Source: Flavobacteriales bacterium
GTDB taxonomy: Bacteria > Bacteroidota > Bacteroidia > CAIKAF01
Length of the DNA stretch: 64,000 nt
Assembly (NCBI GenBank): GCA_025055575.1
Contig: JANWWP010000063.1
Location: 19,697-83,696, forward strand
Reading direction: 5' to 3'
Translations under genes and position numbers: made by a program
Notes under the pieces: model-generated
Told to the model about the DNA's origin: nothing
The model's input: only the letters and a program-made list of their open reading frames with translations
Database searches by the model: none
Part shown: positions 1 through 9,049 of the stretch, one piece after another
How positions within the stretch are numbered: the first letter of the stretch is position 1
Layout of the letters: every line of letters begins with the position of its first letter

Positions 1-1973
1 CCGATCCTTATTACCGGCTCCGGGAACGTAATCATCCGGAAGTCATTCGGCATCTTGAGCATGAGAATAATTATACAAAGGCTGTGATGGCGCCCTACAA
101 AGAACTCACCCAGGCCGTTTTAGAAGAACTTGTTGCGCGAATTCCTCCGGAAGACGAGGGCTATCCCTATTTTTACAAGGGCTGGTTCTACGGTTTTTAC
201 TATGAATCCCACCGTGAATATCCCGTGCACTATCGCAGCCGTACTCAGGAAGCTGAAATAAAAGAAGTGCTTTTGGATGAAAATGTGGTGGCCCAGGGCG
301 CTTCGTACTGTGATGTGGGCGATTTGGATCTGAATCCGGCCGGTAATATCCTGGCCTACACTGTGGATTTTAGCGGAAATCGTCGGTACGCCGTGTGGAT
401 TAAGGACCTCTCGTCGGGTTCAACCCATGAAGAGATTACGGCCGTCACGGACGGCTCCGTGGTGTGGTCGGCCGATGGGAAATATCTTTTCTACACCGAA
501 AAAGACCCGGTGACTCTAAGGCCTTATAAGGTGTTTCGGCACCGGCTTGGAAGTCCCAAAGAGCAGGATGAACTACTTTTCACAGAAACGGACGAAACCT
601 TTTATTGTCATCTTTCCAAGACTTCGGACGAAAAATTTATTCTCATTGAAAGCCACAGCACGGAAAGCACAGAGATTTTATTTGCTCCGGCGGAGGGACC
701 GTTCCGCTTTTTACCTCTGATTCCCCGGCAGCGAGGCCATTTGTACGATGCCGATTTCCATGACTCACGCTGGATTCTTCGCACCAATTACAAGGCTCCG
801 AACTATCGATTGATGGCCCTTCCGCCGGGCGCACAGTTTCCGGATCAGGCCAGCGAGATTATTCCTGAACAGGACTACCTCATTGAGGACTTTGATCTTA
901 CGCGGCATTGGCTGGCCTGGGAGGGTATTTCAAACGGCGACAGCCATGTGTATTACACCGCCTGGCATGATTTTCAGCCGCGCCGCATGGACTTTGGTCC
1001 CCAGCCCCAGTCGGTGGTGTTGGCGGATAATAACGATTACAGCCTGCCCTATGTGCGGGTTTTGTACAATGATTTGAAAACCCTCCCCACATTGTATGAC
1101 GTGGTGCCAGGGGAAAATCCGGTATTTCGTTTCCGAAAGAAAATCAACTTTGCTTTCGACCCGGACATGTATGAAACCGCCCGAGTTATGGTGCCCGCTC
1201 GGGATGGGGAGGAGGTGCCGGTGTCGTTGGTGTGGAGAAAGGACCGTTTTCGGGAGGGACAGAACCCACTATTGCTTTATGGATACGGCTCTTATGGTAT
1301 CTCCTTGACGCCTTACTTCAGCAGCGCGCGTCTCAGCCTTTTAGACCGGGGATTCGTGTTTGCCCTGGCCCACGTGCGCGGAGGCCAGGATCGGGGCCGT
1401 CCTTGGTATGATGCCGGGCGATTATTAAATAAGAAAAACACATTCTATGATTTTATTGATTGTGCCGAAGGGCTTATTCAAAGAAAGTGGTGTGCCCCCC
1501 GCCAGGTAATGGCCATGGGCGGCAGCGCCGGAGGTTTGCTGATGGGTGCTGTGCTCAACATGCGTCCGGATGTGTGGGCCGCCATCGTGGCCCAGGTGCC
1601 TTTTGTGGATGTTCTCACCACCATGCTGGACCCTTCCATCCCGCTCACCACAGGAGAATACGATGAATGGGGCAATCCCCATGTGGAAAAGTTCTATCAT
1701 TACATCCGCAGTTACTCGCCCTACGACAATGTGCCACGTGCAGCTTTTCCGCCTGTTTTGGTGACGACCGGCCTTCATGATTCACAGGTGCAATATTGGG
1801 AGCCTGCCAAATGGGTTCTCCGTCTGAGGGACAACAATACCGGCCCCCATCCCATTTTGCTGTATTGTGAAATGGAGGCTGGGCATGGCGGCCGCTCCGG
1901 ACGGTATGGCCCGCTGGAAGAAGTGGCCAGGGAGTACAGCTTTCTGCTGCACTATGCAGGGATTACAAAGTAA
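1..1973 (+). CDS. ptrB: Oligopeptidase B (S9A prolyl oligopeptidase family), 5'-truncated by the window edge
   Basis: The frame is open from position 3 (DPYYRLRERNHPEVIRHLEHENNY, typical PtrB N-terminus), so the true start is upstream of the window. Catalytic GGSAGG (Ser), HDSQV (Asp) and EAGHGG (His) are present. Confidence 0.93.
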   Translation, partial: DPYYRLRERNHPEVIRHLEHENNYTKAVMAPYKELTQAVLEELVARIPPEDEGYPYFYKGWFYGFYYESHREYPVHYRSRTQEAEIKEVLLDENVVAQGASYCDVGDLDLNPAGNILAYTVDFSGNRRYAVWIKDLSSGSTHEEITAVTDGSVVWSADGKYLFYTEKDPVTLRPYKVFRHRLGSPKEQDELLFTETDETFYCHLSKTSDEKFILIESHSTESTEILFAPAEGPFRFLPLIPRQRGHLYDADFHDSRWILRTNYKAPNYRLMALPPGAQFPDQASEIIPEQDYLIEDFDLTRHWLAWEGISNGDSHVYYTAWHDFQPRRMDFGPQPQSVVLADNNDYSLPYVRVLYNDLKTLPTLYDVVPGENPVFRFRKKINFAFDPDMYETARVMVPARDGEEVPVSLVWRKDRFREGQNPLLLYGYGSYGISLTPYFSSARLSLLDRGFVFALAHVRGGQDRGRPWYDAGRLLNKKNTFYDFIDCAEGLIQRKWCAPRQVMAMGGSAGGLLMGAVLNMRPDVWAAIVAQVPFVDVLTTMLDPSIPLTTGEYDEWGNPHVEKFYHYIRSYSPYDNVPRAAFPPVLVTTGLHDSQVQYWEPAKWVLRLRDNNTGPHPILLYCEMEAGHGGRSGRYGPLEEVAREYSFLLHYAGITK

Positions 1974-2105
1974 TTTTAAAAACCTTCCGCATCAATTTCG
2001 GATTGGCTTTTAATAATATACCGATACTGGACATTATAAAAAATATTTTCGGGCAGAAATAACAATAGATATTTTAATTTTTGTGTATGTCTAAATGTTT
2101 ATATA

Positions 2106-3179
2106 TTAAAATAAAATGAGAGAAATTATTAGCGTTAAAATTAATGACACCGAGAAAAACGGAATGAAAGCAGCCAGAATGAAGACAATCTTCAAAACTA
2201 ATCGAAGGCCGGAAGCTGAATAAAATCGTTGTATGGCAAAAAACAGATAAATTATTGAAGCAATCCCAAGAAAAAGTACAAAATAAGTCGCAGGATTGTC
2301 TTTGAGAAAAATCAATGGAATGCCAAATACCAGGGAAAAATTGTGAATATCAAAAGAAAGCAGCAGATGTTCAGCATAAAAGCGTCTTTTTTTTCGGAAT
2401 AATACATATAAAATTAAGCCGAGGATAGGAATTAATAATAAAGTATTCCACCAGGATTTGGATTGAATAAAATCCATTAAAAATTCTCTGGGATGTTGGA
2501 GCAGGCGGAGAATTTTCATGAACACAAGACGTTCAAGCCATCCTTGAACCTGATACTTTTTTAAAAGATCTTCTTCCGAAAGAAGGAGAATTTCTTGTAC
2601 CGGGATAGCTATCGGCTTATTAGTAAAAAGGGAAAACTGAAGCGTATCGTTCAAAAGGCTGTCTGCCTCTGTCAGGTGTGCCTGGAGTGATTGTTTTTGG
2701 ACTTTCTTCAGGCTGTCCAACGCGCCGGCGCACGCCGGCAAGGCCATTTTGAGGGAATCCAGGGTATTGTCAAGGCGCCGATCCAAAGAATCTAAAGCCA
2801 AGACATATCGGGCGTGCTCCGGACCTCCATACAAATTGAGGCCTTCACCGGATTCTTTTGTGATAGCATTTCCCACATACAATAACGATAGAAACAAATA
2901 CAGGCGCACCGGGGAAAGATACCGGGCTTGTTTTCCGCTGGAATAATCCTGGGCCAGTTGACCAGGCCAACGCATCAGCGTCCAAAGCGTCACAAAAAGT
3001 TTGTTGTTCAGATTGAATGTAGATTCGATCCATTCCAACAACAGCTGGCGCAGCGAACGATGCAGGGTAATTTGGGGCTGACCGCAGGCTGGACAGAATC
3101 GGTCTTCTGCCCCTAAGTTGTGTGCGCAATTCAAACATAATTTTTTATCAGGCAAAATAGAATCAGAAAGTGCAGGCAT
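2106..3179 (-). CDS. DUF3667-type membrane protein with N-terminal zinc ribbon
   Basis: CLNC...FCPACGQ zinc-ribbon motif, RYLSPVRLYLFLS motif and several C-terminal hydrophobic helices. Confidence 0.75.
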   Translation of the reverse strand: MPALSDSILPDKKLCLNCAHNLGAEDRFCPACGQPQITLHRSLRQLLLEWIESTFNLNNKLFVTLWTLMRWPGQLAQDYSSGKQARYLSPVRLYLFLSLLYVGNAITKESGEGLNLYGGPEHARYVLALDSLDRRLDNTLDSLKMALPACAGALDSLKKVQKQSLQAHLTEADSLLNDTLQFSLFTNKPIAIPVQEILLLSEEDLLKKYQVQGWLERLVFMKILRLLQHPREFLMDFIQSKSWWNTLLLIPILGLILYVLFRKKRRFYAEHLLLSFDIHNFSLVFGIPLIFLKDNPATYFVLFLGIASIIYLFFAIQRFYSASGLRLVLKIVFILAAFIPFFSVSLILTLIISLILF

Positions 3180-3302
3180 GGGGGTAAAATTAAATTTTCA
3201 AATTGATTTTAATTTTTAGTTCTGCATTCCTATGATCTGGAGTTTATCTCTGATGCGCAAAAGAGGGTGATATTTATTCATATTCAATTTAAGGTAAAAT
3301 TT

Positions 3303-3310
3303 TATCATTG
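3303..3310 (+). promoter_or_regulatory. Imperfect -7 box (TATCATTG) upstream of the PiT gene
   Basis: One mismatch to TAnnTTTG; 7 nt before ATG 3318. Confidence 0.4.
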
Positions 3311-3317
3311 CGCGCGC

Positions 3318-4736
3318 ATGATTTCAATTTTTGGACTTTCCACAGAAGTCAGTTTTATATTAATAGCGTGTCTATTGCTGGCTTGTGCTTTTGAGTTTAT
3401 CAACGGGTTTCATGACACTGCCAACGCCGTGGCCACAGTTATTTACACCAATTCCCTGCCGCCTGTTGTGGCTGTGGTGTGGAGCGGTTTTATGAATTTC
3501 CTGGGGGTGATTTTGGGAGGGACTGCTGTGGCGATGGGCATCATCAAACTTTTACCACCGGGTGTGCTGGCCGGGCAGAGCGATCTTCAGAATCTGGCCT
3601 TGGTGGTGGCCTTGCTTCTGACCGCCATTGTGTGGAATCTGGGCACTTGGTACCTGGGTCTGCCGTGTTCCAGTTCCCACACCCTCATCGGTTCCATTTT
3701 GGGCGTGGGTTTGGGCTATAACATTGTGGAAGGGGCCAGTATTTCGGCCGGGGTGAATTGGGGTAAAGCGGAAGAAATTGGCTTATCGCTTCTGATATCG
3801 CCTATTATTGGTTTTATGTTGACGTTATTGCTGGTACGGCTCGTTAAAACCTTTGCCTATCGTCCCCTGTTGTTCCGACCGGCCGACCGCACCCGTCAGC
3901 CCCCCTGGTATATCCGCACCATCCTTATTCTCACGTGCACTGGGGTGAGTTTTTCGCACGGTTCCAACGACGGACAAAAAGGGGTGGGCCTGGTGATGCT
4001 GATTCTTGTGGCGCTGGCGCCGGTGCACTTTTCCCTCAACGCCGACATATCGCCTGAACAACTGCGTCAGGCTCTGGTCCGAATTCATACGTATATGGAT
4101 CAGGCTCCTGAGGCGGCCCTCACAGAAGCTGAAGCCCAAAAACGCGAGGCGGCCCTTGGGGCTTTGCACAGAGTGGATAGTGTGCTGGGGCAACCTGTGG
4201 GCCAGGAGTGGACAAGGCTTTCCGCCGAAGCGCTCAAAAATCTGCGGGCGGATTTGAATGGCATCCACACTTTCTGTCAGAAAGTGCTCATTGAAAGCAA
4301 CAAAGCGCCCCAAACCCAGCACGCGCAAATCCGGGATGCGTTGAATCCCCTGAAAAAAGCTTTTGATTATGCGCCCTCCTGGGTGGTGATTATGATTTCC
4401 ATTTCTCTGGGTGTGGGCACCATGATTGGCTGGAAGCGCATCGTCAAAACAATCGGGGAAAGGATTGGTAAAGAACATCTTAGCTACGTCCAAGGCGCCA
4501 GCGCTGAAGTGACGGCGGCCGCCACCATCCAGCTGGCTTCGGCCACGGGCCTTCCGGTGTCCACCACCCAGGTGCTCAGCAGTGGAGTGGCCGGTTCAAT
4601 GGTGGGAACGGGCGGAGCGAAAAATCTTCAAAGCGGCACAGTGCGAAACATTTTAATCGCCTGGCTGCTCACTTTTCCGGTGACGATGTTCCTCAGCGCG
4701 CTTCTTTTCGTGGTTTTGCGTTTGTGGTGGTCCTAA
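3318..4736 (+). CDS. pitA: Inorganic phosphate transporter, PiT family
   Basis: PiT signatures FEFINGFHDTANAVAT and FSHGSNDGQK, plus PVSTTQVLSSGVAG. ATG 3318 is preferred over GTG 3267 because it follows a -7-like box. Confidence 0.9.
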   Translation: MISIFGLSTEVSFILIACLLLACAFEFINGFHDTANAVATVIYTNSLPPVVAVVWSGFMNFLGVILGGTAVAMGIIKLLPPGVLAGQSDLQNLALVVALLLTAIVWNLGTWYLGLPCSSSHTLIGSILGVGLGYNIVEGASISAGVNWGKAEEIGLSLLISPIIGFMLTLLLVRLVKTFAYRPLLFRPADRTRQPPWYIRTILILTCTGVSFSHGSNDGQKGVGLVMLILVALAPVHFSLNADISPEQLRQALVRIHTYMDQAPEAALTEAEAQKREAALGALHRVDSVLGQPVGQEWTRLSAEALKNLRADLNGIHTFCQKVLIESNKAPQTQHAQIRDALNPLKKAFDYAPSWVVIMISISLGVGTMIGWKRIVKTIGERIGKEHLSYVQGASAEVTAAATIQLASATGLPVSTTQVLSSGVAGSMVGTGGAKNLQSGTVRNILIAWLLTFPVTMFLSALLFVVLRLWWS

Positions 4737-4870
4737 AAAGCATGGATAAGCGAAAATTTGGCAGGCCTAGGATTGGGTCTTTAGCCTAGTCAACAAATTC
4801 CCGATTTTAGATAATGGGTCAGTTCCAAACCACAGATCAAATTAAATAAGAAACTGAAATTAAGCTTACA

Positions 4871-4894
4871 GAGAATAAGAGAATAATAGAATAA
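4871..4894. repeat. Three tandem 8-bp units (GAGAATAA, GAGAATAA, TAGAATAA)
   Basis: Read directly in the intergenic region between the convergent PiT and PorV-like genes. Confidence 0.8.
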
Positions 4895-4897
4895 GCC

Positions 4898-6037
4898 CTA
4901 ACGGTTGCGCATGGGCCGGAAATCATTTTTCTTTCGGCTGGAGCGGGAGTTTGTTTGATCAACGGCCTTGAATCCCAAGGTGAGAGATACCACATGGCTA
5001 AACAATCCGTTGCCCTGCTGGGCAAAATTGGTGAGAGCGTAATCGACGGACACGGTTTTTATTCTCAATCCCATACCCACGGAAGGGCGCATAAGCCAGG
5101 CCTTTTTTTCAGGTGTTTCCATAACTCTCTGAAATCTTCCCACGCCGCCCCGGATGAACACGATATTCTTGTAGTCGGCCTCCAGGCCCACATTCAGGTC
5201 CATGCTCACAGGGCGCCCTGAAACAAGGGTGTTGCGGCGTCCGTCGGTGGTGAGCACCACGTCCAGCGCGGGTGTAATATGCACCGGATCCTCGGCGCCA
5301 ATGCCCACGCGGTAAGCCACGGACGGTACAATTTTGGGCAGGGCCATTTCGCTGGAGCGGGAGATGATTTCATTGCCCGTGAGGGCAAAAACTTCGCGAA
5401 AAAGAGCCGTATTGTACGAAAAGTATATATGGGTGGTGCTGATGTCGCGCAGCGCCAAGCCGCAGAGCAAGCCTTCACGGACGTATCGAAGCCCTGCGTC
5501 CAGGCCGATGCCCCAGCCGGAGCCAAAAGGTCCGATGCTGCGGTACAGCACTTTGGCTGTGCCGCCCACACTCAGGCCTTCCACAGGCAGCAGGTGCGCG
5601 TAAGAAGCTAAAAAAGCATAATCCGCCACCGAAAAGGATGTAAGGCGGTCGTAACGAATTTGCCCATCCTTATCGATCAACTCCAGCGTGTTGGGGATAT
5701 TGTCCACACCCTGTCGCAATACACTAAAGGCACCGGCTCCGTTGTTCCCCAGCCGCAACCCAAGGCCGCCGTAATCAAATTTGACGATACCTCCAAAATG
5801 TTCGTTGTGCATGAGAGACAGCTGCACTTTCTCTTTCATGAAAGCCAGCCCGGCCGGATTCCAGTAAGCGGCGCTCACATCTTCGCACGCGGCTGTGTAA
5901 GCTCCGCCATTGCCTAAGGCCCGGGCATGGGTGCCCAGATCCAGCCAGGCATTGGCATATTTCACCTGGCTGAAAGCCGACCCTGCCGAAATTGCAAAAT
6001 AGAGAGGGACAGATATCCTTCGGAAAAAAATTCTCAT
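4898..6037 (-). CDS. PorV-family (T9SS-associated) outer-membrane beta-barrel
   Basis: Signal peptide followed by LDLGTHARALGNGGAYTA...AAYWNPAGLA (PorV/FadL-like N-terminus) and amphipathic beta strands. ATG 6037 is preferred over 6097 because a -7 box lies at 6050-6057 on the minus strand. Confidence 0.75.
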   Translation of the reverse strand: MRIFFRRISVPLYFAISAGSAFSQVKYANAWLDLGTHARALGNGGAYTAACEDVSAAYWNPAGLAFMKEKVQLSLMHNEHFGGIVKFDYGGLGLRLGNNGAGAFSVLRQGVDNIPNTLELIDKDGQIRYDRLTSFSVADYAFLASYAHLLPVEGLSVGGTAKVLYRSIGPFGSGWGIGLDAGLRYVREGLLCGLALRDISTTHIYFSYNTALFREVFALTGNEIISRSSEMALPKIVPSVAYRVGIGAEDPVHITPALDVVLTTDGRRNTLVSGRPVSMDLNVGLEADYKNIVFIRGGVGRFQRVMETPEKKAWLMRPSVGMGLRIKTVSVDYALTNFAQQGNGLFSHVVSLTLGFKAVDQTNSRSSRKKNDFRPMRNR

Positions 6038-6049
6038 GCTGGCCGAGAA

Positions 6050-6057
6050 CAAAGATA
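6050..6057 (-). promoter_or_regulatory. -7 promoter box TATCTTTG for the PorV-like gene
   Basis: Exact TAnnTTTG on the minus strand, 12 nt before ATG 6037. Confidence 0.7.
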
Positions 6058-6084
6058 GGTAGGAAGTACTGGGCCAGGCACAGG

Positions 6085-6092
6085 TAATTTTG
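6085..6092 (+). promoter_or_regulatory. -7 promoter box TAATTTTG for the EamA gene
   Basis: Exact TAnnTTTG, 8 nt before TTG 6101; back-to-back with the minus-strand box at 6050-6057. Confidence 0.65.
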
Positions 6093-6100
6093 TCCACGTT

Positions 6101-6925
6101 TTGAGCCGGGGACAGGCCTACATATTATCGTCCGTTTTTTTCTTTTCCCTGATGAATGTCTGTGTGAAGAAAGTAGCGCATTTGCCCGTGTACGAAGTCA
6201 TTTTGGCGCGTTCGGTGATTTCACTCCTGGCCTGCCTCATTCCCTTGTGGCGCAGGGGGATTCATCCTCTGGGACGGCAGCGCCGGTACCTTTGGATGCG
6301 CGGGGCGGCTGGCTTTCTGAGCCTGAGCCTGTATTTTTTCACGCTGCAGCGCATTCCTTTGGCGTCGGCCGTCACCTTGCAATACCTGGCGCCTGTTTTC
6401 ACAGCTCTTTTATCCTGGCGTCTTTTGGGAGAACATATTTCCTTTTCCCGTTGGGCTTCTTTTGTCATTTCATTGATGGGGGTGGCCGTGGCCACCAATT
6501 TCGACCCTCACACCCCGCCGCTGTTTGCCCTACTTGGCCTGTTTTCAGCGCTTTTGGCCGCCGTGGCTTATTACAGTATTTCGCGGGCTAAGCATTCCGA
6601 ACATCCTTTGGTGATCGTGCTCTATTTCCCCCTGGTGGCTATTCCGGTGACCTCTCTGATGTGTCTGTGGCATTTCGAGTGGCCTTCGGCCACGGACTTC
6701 TTCTGGCTTTTGCTCACGGGACTGTTTACCCAAGCCGCCCAGGTGCTCATGACGTTAGGATATATGACCGAAAATATTGGGAAAGCAGCAGGTCTCAAGT
6801 ATTCTGGGGTGCTTTTTGCGCTTTTCTGGGGTTGGGTTATTTTTCAGGACAGCTACACGCCAGGCCAGATAGCAGGCATACTCCTGGTGGTTTTAGGAAC
6901 CGTCGGGCACATTGTCTTTCCTTGA
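6101..6925 (+). CDS. DMT/EamA family transporter
   Basis: About ten hydrophobic helices in two repeats, with LASAVTLQYLAPVFTALLSWRLLGE-type motif; TTG start. Confidence 0.85.
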   Translation: MSRGQAYILSSVFFFSLMNVCVKKVAHLPVYEVILARSVISLLACLIPLWRRGIHPLGRQRRYLWMRGAAGFLSLSLYFFTLQRIPLASAVTLQYLAPVFTALLSWRLLGEHISFSRWASFVISLMGVAVATNFDPHTPPLFALLGLFSALLAAVAYYSISRAKHSEHPLVIVLYFPLVAIPVTSLMCLWHFEWPSATDFFWLLLTGLFTQAAQVLMTLGYMTENIGKAAGLKYSGVLFALFWGWVIFQDSYTPGQIAGILLVVLGTVGHIVFP

Positions 6926-6940
6926 AAATAATCTTTCAAG
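6921..6940. promoter_or_regulatory. Inverted repeat CTTGAAA-N6-TTTCAAG upstream of dnaK
   Basis: Perfect 7-bp arms, overlapping the EamA stop codon. Function is unknown. Confidence 0.4.
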
Positions 6941-7030
6941 CCTACTGTCCTGCAGTCTTTTCTGAAAAATTGTCAGATTCTGTCTGATTTTTAATCCAAA
7001 CCGGCAGATAGAATCCTTTGGATTTTTAAC

Positions 7031-7044
7031 GGCACATTTATTGG
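7031..7044 (+). promoter_or_regulatory. Candidate sigma54-type -24/-12 promoter of dnaK (GGCAC-N5-TTGG)
   Basis: Matches TGGCAC-N5-TTGC spacing with C for the first T and G for the last C. No exact TAnnTTTG box was found in this intergenic region. Confidence 0.5.
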
Positions 7045-7073
7045 AGCTATAAAATCACAAAATTTAATTCATT

Positions 7074-8975
7074 ATGAGCAAAATTATCGGAATAGATTTA
7101 GGTACCACCAACTCCTGCGTGGCCGTTATGGAAGGCAACCAGCCCACGGTGATTGCCAACAGCGAAGGACGGCGCACCACCCCTTCCATTGTGGCCTTTT
7201 TGGATAATGGTGAAAGAAAGATCGGGGATCCTGCCAAACGTCAGGCCATCACCAACCCCAAGCGCACTATATATTCCATCAAAAGGTTTATGGGGCGCAC
7301 ATTTGATGAAGTGCTGGACGAAATAAAGCGGGTGCCCTACCCTGTGGAGCGCGGTGAGAACAATACCCCCCGCGTGCGGGTGGGAGACCGCCTGTACACG
7401 CCCCAGGAAATATCGGCCATGATCCTTCAAAAAATGAAACAGACGGCCGAAGACTACCTGGGCCAGCCGGTGACGGAAGCGGTGATCACAGTGCCGGCCT
7501 ACTTCAATGATGCCCAACGCCAAGCTACAAAAGAAGCAGGGGAAATTGCCGGCCTGAAAGTCCGCCGGATAATCAACGAACCCACGGCCGCTGCGCTGGC
7601 CTACGGACTGGACAAAAAGTCCAAGGACATGAAAATCGTGGTGTTCGACTGTGGCGGCGGCACCCACGACGTCTCCGTTCTGGAGTTGGGAGATGGTGTC
7701 TTCGAAGTGAAATCCACCGATGGCGACACCCACCTGGGAGGCGATGACTTCGATCAAAAAATTATTGACTGGCTGGCCGAAGAGTTCATGCGGGAAGAAG
7801 GCGTGGACTTGCGGCGGGACCCCATGGCCCTGCAACGTTTGAAAGAAGCGGCTGAAAAAGCCAAAATTGAGCTATCGTCTGCCACACAGACAGAAATCAA
7901 TTTGCCCTACATCATGCCGGTGGACGGTATCCCCAAACATTTGGTGAAAACCCTCACGCGGGCCAAATTCGAGTCTCTTGTGGCTGATCTCATTGATCGC
8001 ACCATTGCGCCGTGCAAAAGCGCTTTGGAAAAAGCGGGTCTTAAGCCCTCCGACATTGATGAAGTGATTCTGGTGGGTGGCAGCACGCGGATACCGGCCA
8101 TTCAGCAAGCGGTAGAAAAATTCTTCGGAAAAACGCCCTCCAAAGGTGTGAACCCTGATGAGGTGGTGGCTGTCGGCGCCGCTATACAGGGCGGTGTTCT
8201 GGCCGGGGAAGTGAAGGATGTCCTGCTGCTGGATGTGACTCCGCTGTCCCTGGGTATCGAAACCTTAGGCGGCGTGTTCACTAAGCTCATTGAAGCCAAC
8301 ACCACCATTCCCACGCAGAAAACGGAAGTGTTCTCCACGGCTACAGACAACCAGACCTCTGTGGAAATTCACGTGCTGCAGGGGGAACGACCTATGGCCA
8401 AAGACAACCGTACCATCGGCCGGTTCCATCTGGATGGCATTCCCATGGCGCCGCGCGGCGTTCCTCAAATCGAGGTAACTTTTGATATCGACGCCAACGG
8501 CATTCTCAATGTCACAGCCCGCGACAAAGGCACCGGAAAAGAGCAAAAAATAAGGATTGAAGCTTCCTCGGGTCTGAGCAAAGAGGAAATTGAGCGGATG
8601 AAGCGCGAGGCCGAGCTCAACGCTGAAGCCGACCGTAAAGAGCGCGAAAAAGTTGAAAAACTCAACGCTGCGGATGCCCTCATTTTCCAAGTGGAAAAAC
8701 AACTGAAAGAAAGCGGTGAAAAAATTCCGGCCGATCTGAAGGCCAAAATTGAAGGCATTCTGGGTGAATTAAAGACCGCACATGGCCAGAAGGACATCGA
8801 TAAGTTGGACCGGCTCATGAACGATTTGAGCCAGCTCATGCAGGAAGCCGCAAAAAATATCTATTCCACGGACGGCGCCGGCAATGCCGGGCAGTCCAAT
8901 GCCGGAAATACTGGTGCAGAAGCTTCCTCCAACGGAGGTCAGGTGACCGATGTGGAATATGAAGAAATAAAATAA
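7074..8975 (+). CDS. dnaK: Chaperone DnaK (Hsp70)
   Basis: [26 protein letters not shown] and [16 protein letters not shown] motifs; full length. Confidence 0.99.
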   Translation: MSKIIGIDLGTTNSCVAVMEGNQPTVIANSEGRRTTPSIVAFLDNGERKIGDPAKRQAITNPKRTIYSIKRFMGRTFDEVLDEIKRVPYPVERGENNTPRVRVGDRLYTPQEISAMILQKMKQTAEDYLGQPVTEAVITVPAYFNDAQRQATKEAGEIAGLKVRRIINEPTAAALAYGLDKKSKDMKIVVFDCGGGTHDVSVLELGDGVFEVKSTDGDTHLGGDDFDQKIIDWLAEEFMREEGVDLRRDPMALQRLKEAAEKAKIELSSATQTEINLPYIMPVDGIPKHLVKTLTRAKFESLVADLIDRTIAPCKSALEKAGLKPSDIDEVILVGGSTRIPAIQQAVEKFFGKTPSKGVNPDEVVAVGAAIQGGVLAGEVKDVLLLDVTPLSLGIETLGGVFTKLIEANTTIPTQKTEVFSTATDNQTSVEIHVLQGERPMAKDNRTIGRFHLDGIPMAPRGVPQIEVTFDIDANGILNVTARDKGTGKEQKIRIEASSGLSKEEIERMKREAELNAEADRKEREKVEKLNAADALIFQVEKQLKESGEKIPADLKAKIEGILGELKTAHGQKDIDKLDRLMNDLSQLMQEAAKNIYSTDGAGNAGQSNAGNTGAEASSNGGQVTDVEYEEIK

Positions 8976-8996
8976 TCCTTCGCGTCCCGGATTAAT

Positions 8997-9028
8997 AAAC
9001 CCGCCCTTGAGGCGGGTTTTTATTTTTG
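8997..9028 (+). terminator. Intrinsic terminator after dnaK
   Basis: Stem AAACCCGCC / GGCGGGTTT with loop CTTGA, followed by a T-rich tract. Confidence 0.9.
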
Positions 9029-9049
9029 TTTTCAAAAGATTCCAACGTT

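Noticed and set aside
6921-6946. CTTGAAA as a sigma32 -35 element
   Set aside because: The -10 position reads CCTACT rather than CCCCAT, and RpoH is not expected in Bacteroidota.
7098-8702. Long antisense ORFs opposite dnaK (245, 145 and 124 aa)
   Set aside because: This is the known antisense shadow of Hsp70 genes, often mis-annotated as NAD-specific glutamate dehydrogenase; it arises from codon bias.
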